From Mageeibacillus sp. UBA5734 (GTDB lineage Bacteria; Bacillota; Clostridia; Saccharofermentanales; UBA5734), in contig DIGA01000067.1 in NCBI GenBank assembly GCA_002419365.1, forward strand, positions 4,586 to 68,585: 64,000 nucleotides of DNA. The letters run 5' to 3'. The position numbers and the translations under genes are program-made. The notes below the pieces were generated by a model. The model was not told where the DNA came from and did not search any database. It saw only the letters and a list, made by a program, of their open reading frames with translations. Shown here piece by piece: positions 8,669-17,804 of this stretch (the stretch's first letter is position 1; each line of letters opens with the position of its first letter).

Positions 8669-9946
8669 TCAGATCTTTTTAAAGGCCTGCTCCAAGTCCT
8701 CGATGATATCTGCCACATTTTCAATGCCGACTGACAGGCGGATCAGGTCAGGTGCGATGCCGGCGGCCTGCAATTGTTCGTCGGACAACTGCCGGTGGGT
8801 GTGGCTGGCCGGATGGAGCAGACAGGTCTTACTATCGGCGACATGGGTGACAATCGAAGCCAGCTGCAAACTATCCATGAACCGGTTGGCCTGTTCGCGG
8901 CTGCCTTTGATCCCGAATGCCAGGACGCCGCAAGAGCCATTGGGCAGGTATTTTTGTGCCAAGGCATAGGATGGGCTGGTCGGCAGATCCGGATAATTGA
9001 CCCAGGCGATTTTATCATGGCTGGCCAGGTATTGGGCGACGGCCAGGGCGTTGGCACAGTGCTGTTTCATGCGCAGATGCAGGGTTTCCAGGCCAAAATT
9101 CAGGTAGAAGGCATTTTGCGGTGACTGGATAGCCCCGATGTCGCGCATCAGCTGGGCAGTGGCTTTGGTGATGTAGGCGCCCGGACCGAAGCGTTCGGCG
9201 TAGACAATGCCATGATAGGAGTCATCCGGCGTGGTCAGGCCGGGGAATTTTTCGGCCTGGGCCAGCCAGTCGAACTTGCCGCTATCGACGATGCATCCAC
9301 CCACTCCAGCCGCATGCCCGTCCATGTACTTGGTCGTCGAATGGGTGACGATGTCGGCGCCCCATTCAAAGGGGCGGCAGTTGATCGGTGTCGCGAAGGT
9401 ATTGTCGACGATCAGCGGCACCCCATGGCGATGGGCCAAGCGGGCGAATTTTTCGATGTCAAACACGGCGACGGTCGGGTTGGTGATGGTCTCGCCAAAG
9501 ACGGCCTTGGTGTTCGTCTGGAAATACTGGTCCAGCTCACTTTCTGGCAAATCCTGATTGACAAAGGTGCATTCAATGCCCATTTTTTTCAGCGTGACAC
9601 CAAACAGGTTGTACGTCCCGCCATAGATCGAAGAAGTGGCGATAAAATGGTCACCAGCTTCACAAATGTTGAAAATGGCATAGAAATTGGCGGCCTGGCC
9701 AGATGCGGTCAACATGGCGGCCGCACCACCCTCGAGGGCCCGGATCTTGTCAGCAACAGCATCATTGGTTGGGTTTTGCAGGCGGGTGTAAAAATAACCC
9801 GCTTCCTCGAGATCGAACAGCCGGCCCATCTCGTCACTGGTATCGTATTTGAACGTGGTGCTTTGATAGATGGGCAGCTGCCTGGGTTCGCCTTTGGCCG
9901 GCTGATAACCCGCATGGATACACTGGGTTTCGATTCTGTTTGACAT
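8669..9946 (-). CDS. metY: O-acetylhomoserine sulfhydrylase (PLP-dependent Cys/Met metabolism family)
   Basis: 425 aa beginning TQCIHAGYQP...YTRLQNPT, with the HSTTKYMDGH PLP-lysine motif. SD AGGAGG is present. Confidence 0.88.
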   Translation of the reverse strand: MSNRIETQCIHAGYQPAKGEPRQLPIYQSTTFKYDTSDEMGRLFDLEEAGYFYTRLQNPTNDAVADKIRALEGGAAAMLTASGQAANFYAIFNICEAGDHFIATSSIYGGTYNLFGVTLKKMGIECTFVNQDLPESELDQYFQTNTKAVFGETITNPTVAVFDIEKFARLAHRHGVPLIVDNTFATPINCRPFEWGADIVTHSTTKYMDGHAAGVGGCIVDSGKFDWLAQAEKFPGLTTPDDSYHGIVYAERFGPGAYITKATAQLMRDIGAIQSPQNAFYLNFGLETLHLRMKQHCANALAVAQYLASHDKIAWVNYPDLPTSPSYALAQKYLPNGSCGVLAFGIKGSREQANRFMDSLQLASIVTHVADSKTCLLHPASHTHRQLSDEQLQAAGIAPDLIRLSVGIENVADIIEDLEQAFKKI

Positions 9947-9987
9947 ATTCCATCCTCCTGATGATGTAATGATCTATTTCCTGTCTG

Positions 9988-12900
9988 TTAGAGTCCCGTC
10001 ACCGGCGTCAGCGCAACGATAAACTCAGCTGTGTTCTGTGTTCCAGCAAAATCTTCGCGAGTGATCTTCTGGCCAGGCTGGCCACCGGATGGCTTGTAAT
10101 GCCAGTCGATTTTCCAGTCGATCAAGTTCTGGCAGGCCACTCGCGATTCATGGCTTTGCTGCAATCCACAATCGGACAGACGGTCACTGGCGCAAAAGCT
10201 GAAGGGCTGGTTGCTTTCAAACAGCAAGCCGCTGCCGCTGGCATCCGCCACAGCCACCCATCGTGTCTGGGCATGTGGCAATTCCTGCTGGAAGGATTCG
10301 CGAGCATCCGGCATGATGTGGGTCAGAGGTTGCTCGAATTGTCCGTCAAAAGCCATCCCGCGCAGTCCAGGCCAGGATGGTCCCGGACCCTGGCCTGACC
10401 AGATGATCCGTTCATACTGGCGGCGTAGCAAGAAGCGCAGGCCAACCCGGGGTAATTCCGCCAGCAAATCCTGGTTTTTACAGGGCAGGCTGACCTGGAC
10501 CTCAATCTTGCCACTCTCGTGAATCGTGTACAACAGACGGGCCGCCAGCCAGGTTTTGGCACCGGCTGACCCAAAACGGCAGTGCGCTACGATGGAGGCT
10601 GTCGCCCCATCACAGTCCGATTCAATCCGGTCAACCACTTGCTCCAGCCCAGAAAGGCCAAGCTGGTCCCAATCATGAGCCCATGCCTCGTCCTGGCTCA
10701 GCAATGGCCGCCAGAAGACAAGCGCTGATGGTGCCAGCAGACCATTCATCTGGACAAAGGCCAGGTACTCATGATCCTTGCAGCGCCAGCTTTCGATCTG
10801 GGCGGTAATCCGGTTGAACACGAGCCAGAACCGGTGGCCAGAAACAACCAGCAAATGGCGGTCTTGTTCCAGGCGAAGTCGATTCCTGCCTGAAACGATG
10901 ACGGGAACCAGCTGCTTGAGGAAAGGGTCCCGGGCATCTGCCAGAAGATCCAATTCAAAGCTCTCAGTGGACACAATCCAGTCAGCCGGACTCCACAGAG
11001 TGGCTTCGATCTGGTGAACGGTGAGGTGCAACAGGCAAGGAAGGTCATGGGGGCGCTCGACCTCATGATACGGGATGGACAAATCAATGGACTGGCCAGG
11101 CAGAACGGGCGGCAAATCGATTTCGCCTGCCAAGACCAGACGGCCACTGGCCACGATTTGCCAATGCAGGCGGTACAGATCCAGGCTCTGGATCCGCGTC
11201 CGGTTGGTCACTCTGAAATGGCCGGTTTGAAGATCAATCGGCCTGATGTCAGCAGGGCGCCTGGCTTGGCGGATCGCAGCCAGGGCAACGGACTGGGAGC
11301 GTCCCTGAGGGCTCTGGATCTGGTCGTGGACCTCCTGCCAGGTGCCAAGAAGCACGCCTGAAAAATGAGAACGGACTGCCTCATCCGTCAAAAAATGCAG
11401 GAAGGGATGGGTTCCACCCCCCTGAAGGCTGAAGCCTGGAGCTAGAATCTGGATGACGGGGCCTGGGCTGGGGTCGACAACAGGACTCTTGGAATTTTTT
11501 CCGCCGAACCTGGTGAATTGGACCAGAGGGCGGGATGGATCCAGCTCTCTGACCAGCATAGACGGCCGAGGATCCTCTGCAAATAGTTGGCTGGATGTTA
11601 ACCAGGCCAGGATACAGGGCTGATTCCTAAGCAAGTTTACCTGACTGTGCAAACGATCTTCTTGAACAGTCAGCCATGGTTCACTTTGCCAGGGCTTCTC
11701 TCCCCGCTTTTCTTCAGACGTTTGCCATTCCAGAACCGGCTCAGCAGCTGGACCGACCAGGACAAGCAGTCCCAGGTGGTTGCACAGTTCATAGAAAATT
11801 GGATCCACAGGACCTCCGAGCAGCCGGATCGCATTGACATGCTGACGGATGAGGCGCAAGTCGCGAGCCACACGAGCCAGCGGTTTGAGAAGACTGGTCT
11901 GGCGATCCACTGGATCGTAATCAGCCAAGTGGAGCTGCAGAGGTTGTTGATTGAGATAGAGCAGACCATCGCGTACCGACCGCTCACAAAAGCCGACCGA
12001 CTGGTGGACAGTACTGGATTCCCTGCCACTGGCATCGAGGCAGGTGACAAACAGGTCATACAATTCGGGTTGTTCATCTGACCAGGGTTGGATATCCGGG
12101 CAAGCCACATGCAGTCTGGCCAGGCCAGCCTGCTGGACTTTCGTATCAAATCCAGCTGGATCCAGCTGGATTTTTTCCGGTTTGACCACCTGTTGTAAAA
12201 TGACCTGACCTTCTTTTTGCAAAGTGAAACGGACCTGCGGCAGATCCTGGGTCACTTTAAAAGACAGGGCCGTCGCCTGAGCGGCCAATTCCCACAGATC
12301 CGCATGAGGATCCTGGCGGGTATGCACGGATAAATCAAAAACCGATAACGCAGGGGTTGCTTCCAGATAGATGTCACCGGCCAGTCCGGTCTGGCCGGTG
12401 AGGGAGTGGCCGTCGAGGTAACTGGCTGCATGATAGGGATAGACCAGGATAAACAGCTCATTGCTACCGTCATGGAGACGAGAAGTCACATCGAATTCAT
12501 TCAACTGACGACCATTCTGGACATAGCCGACGAGTTTACCGTTCAGAACGACATGACAGGCCTCCAGGACCCCCAGGAGCACCAGTTTTTTACGCAAGGC
12601 GCTCCAGTTTTTCGGCAGTTCCAGGCTGCGATGGTAGACCGCGACCGGCAGGGTCTGCGGCACATGGGGTGGGTCCAGGACAAAGGGCCACGCTTGGATC
12701 CTGTCCTGTGCCTGAGCCAGTGCGGGCCGGGAACCTGGCACCGTCATCCGGTCAAAGCCGCTGCGATAAGAGAAAATATTCTCAGGTAGTTGCAGGATGG
12801 AACCAAACCATTTGTAGTCCCAGGGACCAGTCAGCATCTGGACATAAGGTGACAAATATCGCCGGTTATCCTCCAGCGCCTGTTCACAGGTCTCCTGGTC

Positions 12901-13008
12901 CGGAAACTGGACCAGATAGGAATGCCCCGGATAACGGTTACGTTCCAGGCATTCGATTCTGTTCCAATCCGGCTTTTCTGGACGTCCGGGGAAAATCCGC
13001 GATGGCAT
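9988..13008 (-). CDS. Glycoside hydrolase family 2 (LacZ-like) homologue with a degenerate active site
   Basis: 1006 aa, collinear with E. coli LacZ from memory. Anchors include ELDPSRPLVQF versus SVDPSRPVQYE and NAIRLLGGP versus NAVRCSHYP. The catalytic positions are substituted (see findings). SD AAGGGAG is present. Confidence 0.7.
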   Translation of the reverse strand: MPSRIFPGRPEKPDWNRIECLERNRYPGHSYLVQFPDQETCEQALEDNRRYLSPYVQMLTGPWDYKWFGSILQLPENIFSYRSGFDRMTVPGSRPALAQAQDRIQAWPFVLDPPHVPQTLPVAVYHRSLELPKNWSALRKKLVLLGVLEACHVVLNGKLVGYVQNGRQLNEFDVTSRLHDGSNELFILVYPYHAASYLDGHSLTGQTGLAGDIYLEATPALSVFDLSVHTRQDPHADLWELAAQATALSFKVTQDLPQVRFTLQKEGQVILQQVVKPEKIQLDPAGFDTKVQQAGLARLHVACPDIQPWSDEQPELYDLFVTCLDASGRESSTVHQSVGFCERSVRDGLLYLNQQPLQLHLADYDPVDRQTSLLKPLARVARDLRLIRQHVNAIRLLGGPVDPIFYELCNHLGLLVLVGPAAEPVLEWQTSEEKRGEKPWQSEPWLTVQEDRLHSQVNLLRNQPCILAWLTSSQLFAEDPRPSMLVRELDPSRPLVQFTRFGGKNSKSPVVDPSPGPVIQILAPGFSLQGGGTHPFLHFLTDEAVRSHFSGVLLGTWQEVHDQIQSPQGRSQSVALAAIRQARRPADIRPIDLQTGHFRVTNRTRIQSLDLYRLHWQIVASGRLVLAGEIDLPPVLPGQSIDLSIPYHEVERPHDLPCLLHLTVHQIEATLWSPADWIVSTESFELDLLADARDPFLKQLVPVIVSGRNRLRLEQDRHLLVVSGHRFWLVFNRITAQIESWRCKDHEYLAFVQMNGLLAPSALVFWRPLLSQDEAWAHDWDQLGLSGLEQVVDRIESDCDGATASIVAHCRFGSAGAKTWLAARLLYTIHESGKIEVQVSLPCKNQDLLAELPRVGLRFLLRRQYERIIWSGQGPGPSWPGLRGMAFDGQFEQPLTHIMPDARESFQQELPHAQTRWVAVADASGSGLLFESNQPFSFCASDRLSDCGLQQSHESRVACQNLIDWKIDWHYKPSGGQPGQKITREDFAGTQNTAEFIVALTPVTGL

Positions 13009-13095
13009 GTAGCTTGCTCCCTTTTAATTGTCAAAATGGTCAATCCTAATTGTAACCAAAATGCCCCGGGCTGGCAAAGCGCCATGCGTGGTGTA

Positions 13096-13130
13096 CAAAA
13101 AGACCGCCGAAACGTACGTTTCAGCGGTCT
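13096..13130 (-). terminator. Intrinsic terminator downstream of tRNA-Pro
   Basis: The minus strand reads AGACCGCTGAAACGTACGTTTCGGCGGTCT followed by TTTTT. Confidence 0.6.
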
Positions 13131-13138
13131 TCTATCTG

Positions 13139-13216
13139 TGGTCGGAGTGACCTGACTCGAACAGGCGACCTCTTGCACCCCAAGCAAGCACTCTAGCCAA
13201 ACTGAGCTACACCCCG
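13139..13216 (-). tRNA. tRNA-Pro (anticodon GGG), encoded CCA
   Basis: Hand-folded cloverleaf. Acceptor CGGGGTG/CACTCCG, anticodon stem CTTGC/GCAAG with loop TTGGGGT (G37), T loop TTCGAGT. Confidence 0.88.
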
Positions 13217-13298
13217 GCGACTTGTTGATTTTACTGGTATTCCCAGCTGGTGTCAAGTCACCGGAAGAGGTCTTTGCCCTAGATTTTCAGGACGTTTT

Positions 13299-15641
13299 TT
13301 AGAATTCGATTTCGCGGCGTTTCTCTGGTTTGCCGGTATTGTCCTGACGTTCCTGGAAGCGCTGCGGGCGCTCGGAATGGCCCTGGCTGGGGCCCTGGGG
13401 ACGAGGACGACGGTCGCCCCGGTCACCGCGGTCGCCTCTGTCACCGCCACGGGGGCCGCGGTCGCCGGAATCACGCGGGCCACGATGATCGCCCCGGTCA
13501 CGCATCGGACCACGGCGTTCGCCGCTGTCAGACTCGACAAAATCAGCCGGCTTCTCCATGCAATCGCGCATGGAAAGGTTGATGCGGCCCTGGCCGTCGA
13601 TCTCCATAACCTTGACCTGAACCAGGTCACCTTCACTGACGACGTCTTCGACTTTCTCGACGCGTTTCCAGGCGAGTTTGCTGATATGGACGAGGCCTTC
13701 CTTGCCCGGCAGGAATTCGACGAAGGCGCCGAAGTTCATCAGGCGGGTGACGCGGCCTTCAAAGACCTGGCCCGGTTCGGGATCGTTGGCAATGCCCTGG
13801 ATGATGGCAATCGCCTTGTCGGCAGCTTCGCTATTAGGTGAGGAGACAAAGACGCGGCCGTCATCCTCGATGTCGATTTCGACGCCGGTTTCTTCGATGA
13901 TGCGGTTGATGACCTTGCCGCCGGAACCGATGACTTCACGGATCTTGTCGACCGGGATGATGATCTGGACGATCTTGGGTGCGTACTTGGACAGCTCGCT
14001 GCGCGGGGCGCTGATGACCGGCATCATGACCTCATTGATGATCTGCAGGCGACCCTTCTGGGTCATCGCGAAGGCGTCACGGATGATGTCATAGGACAGG
14101 CCGTCGACTTTGATGTCGACCTGGATCGAGGTGATGCCATCGACGGTGCCGGCGACCTTGAAGTCCATGTCGCCAAAGAAGTCTTCGATGCCCTGGATGT
14201 CCATGAAGACGAGATAGTCCTTTTCGTTCTCTTCATTGACGATCAGGCCGGAGGAAATGCCGGCGACGGGCTTTTTGATCGGGACGCCAGCGTCCATCAG
14301 GGCCAGGGTGCTGGCGCAGACGGAACCCTGGGAGGTCGAGCCGTTGGACATCAGGATTTCCGAGACGCAGCGGATGGCATAGGGGAACTCGGTTTCGCTG
14401 GGCAGGACCGGGATCAGGGAACGCTCAGCCAGGGCACCATGGCCGATTTCGCGGCGGCCGGGGGAACGGTTGGCCTTGGCTTCACCGACGCTGTACGGCG
14501 GGAAATTGTAGTGGTGGATGTAGCGCTTGGTTTCCTCATTGTCGAGGCCATCCAGCATCTGGACTTTGGACAGAGGGGCCAGGGTACAGGCGGTCAGGAC
14601 CTGGGTCTGGCCACGCTGGAACAGCCCGGTGCCATGGACGCGCGGCAGAATGCCGACATCGGCCGACAGGGCACGGATCTGGTCAAGGCCACGACCATCG
14701 ACCCGGATGTGTTCCTTGAACAGGTATTCGCGGACGACTTTCTTTTCCAGCTTGTACATGGCATCGCCAACATAGACAACCCAGTCAGGGTTGAGAGCTG
14801 TGATATGCTCAGTGGTCTGAGCCTTGAGCTGGCTGACTTTACCGTCGCGGACGGACTTATCATCAGACAAGACAGCCATGCGCATGCCACTGTAGGCGAA
14901 TTCCTTGACCGCAGCGAAAACTTCTTCCGGCAGGTCGGAAGAGACATAGCTGAACTTGGGTTTGCCGATCTCGGCGACAATACCCTTGATGAAGCGGCAG
15001 AGTTCCTGGATGACCTTGTGGCCTTCGATGATCGCATTGAGCATGACATCATCCGGCACTTCGTTGGCACCGGCTTCGATCATGCAGATCTTGTCTTCCG
15101 TACCGGCGAGGGTGACGTGCATCTGGCTCTCGGCGCGTTGCTTTTCAGTGGGGTTGATGATCACCTGGCCATCGATCAGGCCGACATGGACGCCGGCGAT
15201 CGGGCCGTTCCACGGGATGTCGGAGATCGAAATGGCGATGGACGTGCCGAGCATGGCGGCTACTTCCGGTGCATTGTCCTGGTCGACCGACATGACCATG
15301 TTGCTGACGGCGCAGTCATTTCGCAGGTCTTTCGGGAACAGCGGGCGGATCGGGCGGTCGATGACGCGGGATGTCAGGATGGCCTTCTCGGTCGGTCGGC
15401 CTTCGCGCTTGATGAAACCGCCGGGGAATTTGCCAACGCTGTACATTTTTTCTTCGTAATCAACGCTGAGCGGGAAAAAGTCGATGCCGGGGCGGGGTGT
15501 GGCGGATGCGGTCACGCTGGACATGATGACCGTGTCACCGTAGCGGACCAGGCAGGAGCCATTGGCAAACTGGGCCAGATGGCCGGTTTCGATGACCAGT
15601 TGACGGCCAGCGAGGACGGTTTCGAATGTACGTGCACTCAT
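13299..15641 (-). CDS. pnp: Polynucleotide phosphorylase with an Arg/Gly/Asp-rich C-terminal tail
   Basis: 780 aa with two RNase PH-like halves plus KH and S1 domains (GRVTRLMNFGAFVEF). An additional tail of about 80 aa follows (..DRGDHRGPRDSGDRGPRGGDRGDRGDRGDRRPRP..). Confidence 0.95.
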   Translation of the reverse strand: MSARTFETVLAGRQLVIETGHLAQFANGSCLVRYGDTVIMSSVTASATPRPGIDFFPLSVDYEEKMYSVGKFPGGFIKREGRPTEKAILTSRVIDRPIRPLFPKDLRNDCAVSNMVMSVDQDNAPEVAAMLGTSIAISISDIPWNGPIAGVHVGLIDGQVIINPTEKQRAESQMHVTLAGTEDKICMIEAGANEVPDDVMLNAIIEGHKVIQELCRFIKGIVAEIGKPKFSYVSSDLPEEVFAAVKEFAYSGMRMAVLSDDKSVRDGKVSQLKAQTTEHITALNPDWVVYVGDAMYKLEKKVVREYLFKEHIRVDGRGLDQIRALSADVGILPRVHGTGLFQRGQTQVLTACTLAPLSKVQMLDGLDNEETKRYIHHYNFPPYSVGEAKANRSPGRREIGHGALAERSLIPVLPSETEFPYAIRCVSEILMSNGSTSQGSVCASTLALMDAGVPIKKPVAGISSGLIVNEENEKDYLVFMDIQGIEDFFGDMDFKVAGTVDGITSIQVDIKVDGLSYDIIRDAFAMTQKGRLQIINEVMMPVISAPRSELSKYAPKIVQIIIPVDKIREVIGSGGKVINRIIEETGVEIDIEDDGRVFVSSPNSEAADKAIAIIQGIANDPEPGQVFEGRVTRLMNFGAFVEFLPGKEGLVHISKLAWKRVEKVEDVVSEGDLVQVKVMEIDGQGRINLSMRDCMEKPADFVESDSGERRGPMRDRGDHRGPRDSGDRGPRGGDRGDRGDRGDRRPRPQGPSQGHSERPQRFQERQDNTGKPEKRREIEF

Positions 15642-15680
15642 GTGGATACCTCCAATGATTGGACCTTTGACCCGTGCACG

Positions 15681-15755
15681 GCGGTAGTTTGTAGATTCCG
15701 CTTCTGAAACCCTCCATCTGGGGCATCCAGAGGTGCAATCTACCCTCTACAGCGG
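15681..15755 (-). promoter_or_regulatory. Long imperfect hairpin in the rpsO-pnp intergenic leader (candidate RNase III or autoregulation stem)
   Basis: GTAGATT (15691-15697) pairs with AATCTAC (15737-15743). The stem is extended by GTAG/CTAC and GC/GC pairs across a 3x3 internal loop. Confidence 0.35.
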
Positions 15756-15805
15756 CGCACAGGCTCAAATCGTCCGGTTAAAATGGGATGAAACGGTGGA
15801 TGAAT

Positions 15806-15838
15806 GAAAAATTGGCGAACGGTCGACCCGTCCGCCAA
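15806..15838 (-). terminator. rpsO intrinsic terminator or attenuator
   Basis: The minus strand reads TTGGCGGACGG-GTCGA-CCGTTCGCCAA (11 bp including one G-U pair), followed by TTTTT. Confidence 0.65.
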
Positions 15839-15860
15839 CATTCATTTGTCTGATCGAGCC

Positions 15861-16124
15861 TTACTTTCTGATGTTCAGCTTGGCGATGATCGTACGGTAA
15901 CGTTCGATATCGATGCTGGTCAGATAGTCGAGAAGGCCACGGCGGCGACCAACCATCATCAGCAGGCCACGACGGGAGTGATGATCACCCTTGTGGGTCT
16001 TGAGATGTTCAGTCAGGTGGTTGATGCGTTCGGTCAAAAGGGCAATCTGGACTTCCGGTGAACCGGTGTCGCCTTCCTTGAGACCGTACTCTTTGATGAT
16101 TTCTGCTTTGCGGGTCTTGTCCAT
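15861..16124 (-). CDS. rpsO: 30S ribosomal protein S15
   Basis: [55 protein letters not shown].. SD AAGGAG precedes the ATG at 16124. The ORF-track start at 16193 is an upstream extension. Confidence 0.95.
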   Translation of the reverse strand: MDKTRKAEIIKEYGLKEGDTGSPEVQIALLTERINHLTEHLKTHKGDHHSRRGLLMMVGRRRGLLDYLTSIDIERYRTIIAKLNIRK

Positions 16125-16203
16125 GTTTTTTCTCCTTAAAATTCGCCTCTGGCAACGTTGGGGTCGGACGTTCCACGAACCTTGCCATGGCATATTCCGT
16201 AAT

Positions 16204-16232
16204 AGTTTAGCACCAGGCTATGGATTTGTCAA
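16204..16232 (-). promoter_or_regulatory. Candidate sigma-70 promoter for rpsO-pnp
   Basis: On the minus strand: TTGACA (16232-16227), 17 nt spacer, TAAACT (16209-16204). Confidence 0.4.
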
Positions 16233-16234
16233 AA

Positions 16235-17407
16235 TTACCAGGTAAAGGTCTGGCCGCGGTCCTGGATGACGACCTCGTTCTCTCCCGCTGAAGTGCTGGC
16301 TTCTGTCCGGCCGACAATCCGGGCCGGTAATTCGTAGCGGGCGCAGATCTCCAGAATACCTGCAGCGGTCGTTTCATCGCAGTAGATCTCCAGGCGGTGG
16401 CCCATGTTGAAAATCTGGTACATCTCGGCCGCACCGACCTCACCAGACTCAAGAATGGCTGCAAAAATCGGCGGGGTCGGGAACAGGTTGTCCTTGACAT
16501 AGCGCACGCCGCTGCCAAAGTCCTTGCACTTGACCTGGCCACCCCCGGTGCAGTGGATGATCCCGGCGATCGAATTTCTGTACTGGGCAAAGACCTCTTT
16601 CATGACTGGCAGGTAGGTCCGGGTCGGTGACAGGATGGCCTCCCCTGCCGTCAGGGTTGAATCCGGGAGTGGGTCTGACAAGTGATAACGGCCACAATAG
16701 GCCTTGTCTGCAGGCAGGGTATCCGAGCACGATTCCGGATACTTGGCCAGGTAATCCTTGTGCAGGAGCAAGTGGCGGGCCCCGGTCAGGCCATTGGAGC
16801 CGATACCACTGTTTTCCCTGGTCTCATAGGTGGTCTGGCCAAACGAGGCCAGGCCGACAATGACAAGACCAGGCCGGATGTTGGCCGCATGGATGACCTC
16901 TTCCCTTTTCAGACGGACAACAACGGTTGAATCACAGATCACGGTCCGGACCAGGTCACCGACATCGGCGGTTTCACCGCCGGTCATCTCAACCGTCACA
17001 CCTTGTGCTGCCAGGGCATCGATGACTTCATCGTAGCCCGTGATGATCGCCGCCAGCGCAGCTGCATCAACCCGGTGGGCGTTGCGGCCGATGGTATTGG
17101 AGACTTTGAAATCGTCAATGGCCCCGATGCAGAGCAGGTCATCGGTATTCATGACTAGGGAATCCTGGGCGATGCCGCGGTACCAGGCAGGATCTTTGGT
17201 CTCCTGGGCCATCAGGTAGGCCACGGACGATTTCGTCCCGGCTCCATCGGCATGGACGGCACAGCAGTACTCCGGATCACCGGCCAGATCGGGAATGATC
17301 TTGCAGAAGGATCCTGGGAAAAGGCCTTTGGACTGACGGGCTACGGCCTTTTTGACATCGTCTTTGGTCGGCGAGACGCCGCGTGAAAGATAGCTTTCAG
17401 CTTTCAT
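16235..17407 (-). CDS. AIR-synthase-related (PurM/ThiL/HypE superfamily) protein, specific function unknown
   Basis: PurM-type motif VHADGAGTKS is present. I prefer the start MKAESYLSRGVSP.. at 17407, which has SD GGAGGAA. It is not next to any pur gene. Confidence 0.75.
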   Translation of the reverse strand: MKAESYLSRGVSPTKDDVKKAVARQSKGLFPGSFCKIIPDLAGDPEYCCAVHADGAGTKSSVAYLMAQETKDPAWYRGIAQDSLVMNTDDLLCIGAIDDFKVSNTIGRNAHRVDAAALAAIITGYDEVIDALAAQGVTVEMTGGETADVGDLVRTVICDSTVVVRLKREEVIHAANIRPGLVIVGLASFGQTTYETRENSGIGSNGLTGARHLLLHKDYLAKYPESCSDTLPADKAYCGRYHLSDPLPDSTLTAGEAILSPTRTYLPVMKEVFAQYRNSIAGIIHCTGGGQVKCKDFGSGVRYVKDNLFPTPPIFAAILESGEVGAAEMYQIFNMGHRLEIYCDETTAAGILEICARYELPARIVGRTEASTSAGENEVVIQDRGQTFTW

Positions 17408-17444
17408 GTGTTCCTCCGCGCCGGGGCGCCATTTCAGATAATCA

Positions 17445-17804
17445 GGTGACTTCCTGAGCAAGCCTGTAAGCCGGGTTCTGTCGTGGACAACCATCTATCC
17501 AGGCCGATCATTTCTGAACGGCTCCAGCCACCTCCCCGGGACGTGCGGGCCACACAATGTCCCTCCACGGTGTTGCTCCAGGTGGGGTTTACAGAGCCAG
17601 CCTGTCGCCAGGCTGCTGGTGAGCTCTTACCTCACCTTTCCATCCTTGCCGGCCAGGGCCGGCGGTCTATTTCTGTTGCACTGTCCTTGAAGTCGCCTTC
17701 ACCGGGAATTACCCGGCACCCTTGCCCTGTGGAGCCCGGACTTTCCTCACGCGCGGCCTTTCGGCACTGCGCCCGCGGTTGTCCAGCTTGCTCAGAAAGT
17801 CACC
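17445..17804 (-). ncRNA. rnpB: RNase P RNA, bacterial type A
   Basis: The minus strand contains GAGGAAAGTCCGGGCTCCACAGGGCA (CR-I) and ACAGAACCCGGCTTA (CR-V). The P1 ends pair (GGTGACTTTCTGAGCAAGC with GCTTGCTCAGGAAGTCACC). End coordinates are approximate, within about 10 nt. Confidence 0.9.

Noticed and set aside
13377-13470. Short tandem repeats (9-bp periodicity) that could be mistaken for a repeat array.
   Set aside because: They lie in-frame inside the pnp 3' end, encoding the RGD-rich tail. There are no spacers or CRISPR-like architecture, and no cas genes are in the window.
14439-15707. 422-aa plus-strand ORF opposite pnp. Similar long antisense ORFs occur at 23251..24522, 33713..34846, 54008..55195, 56600..57598 and 58658..59485.
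   Set aside because: Each lies fully inside, and antisense to, a gene with unambiguous family motifs (pnp, scfB, topA, mtaD/ahcY, secA). None has a recognisable motif or translation signals.
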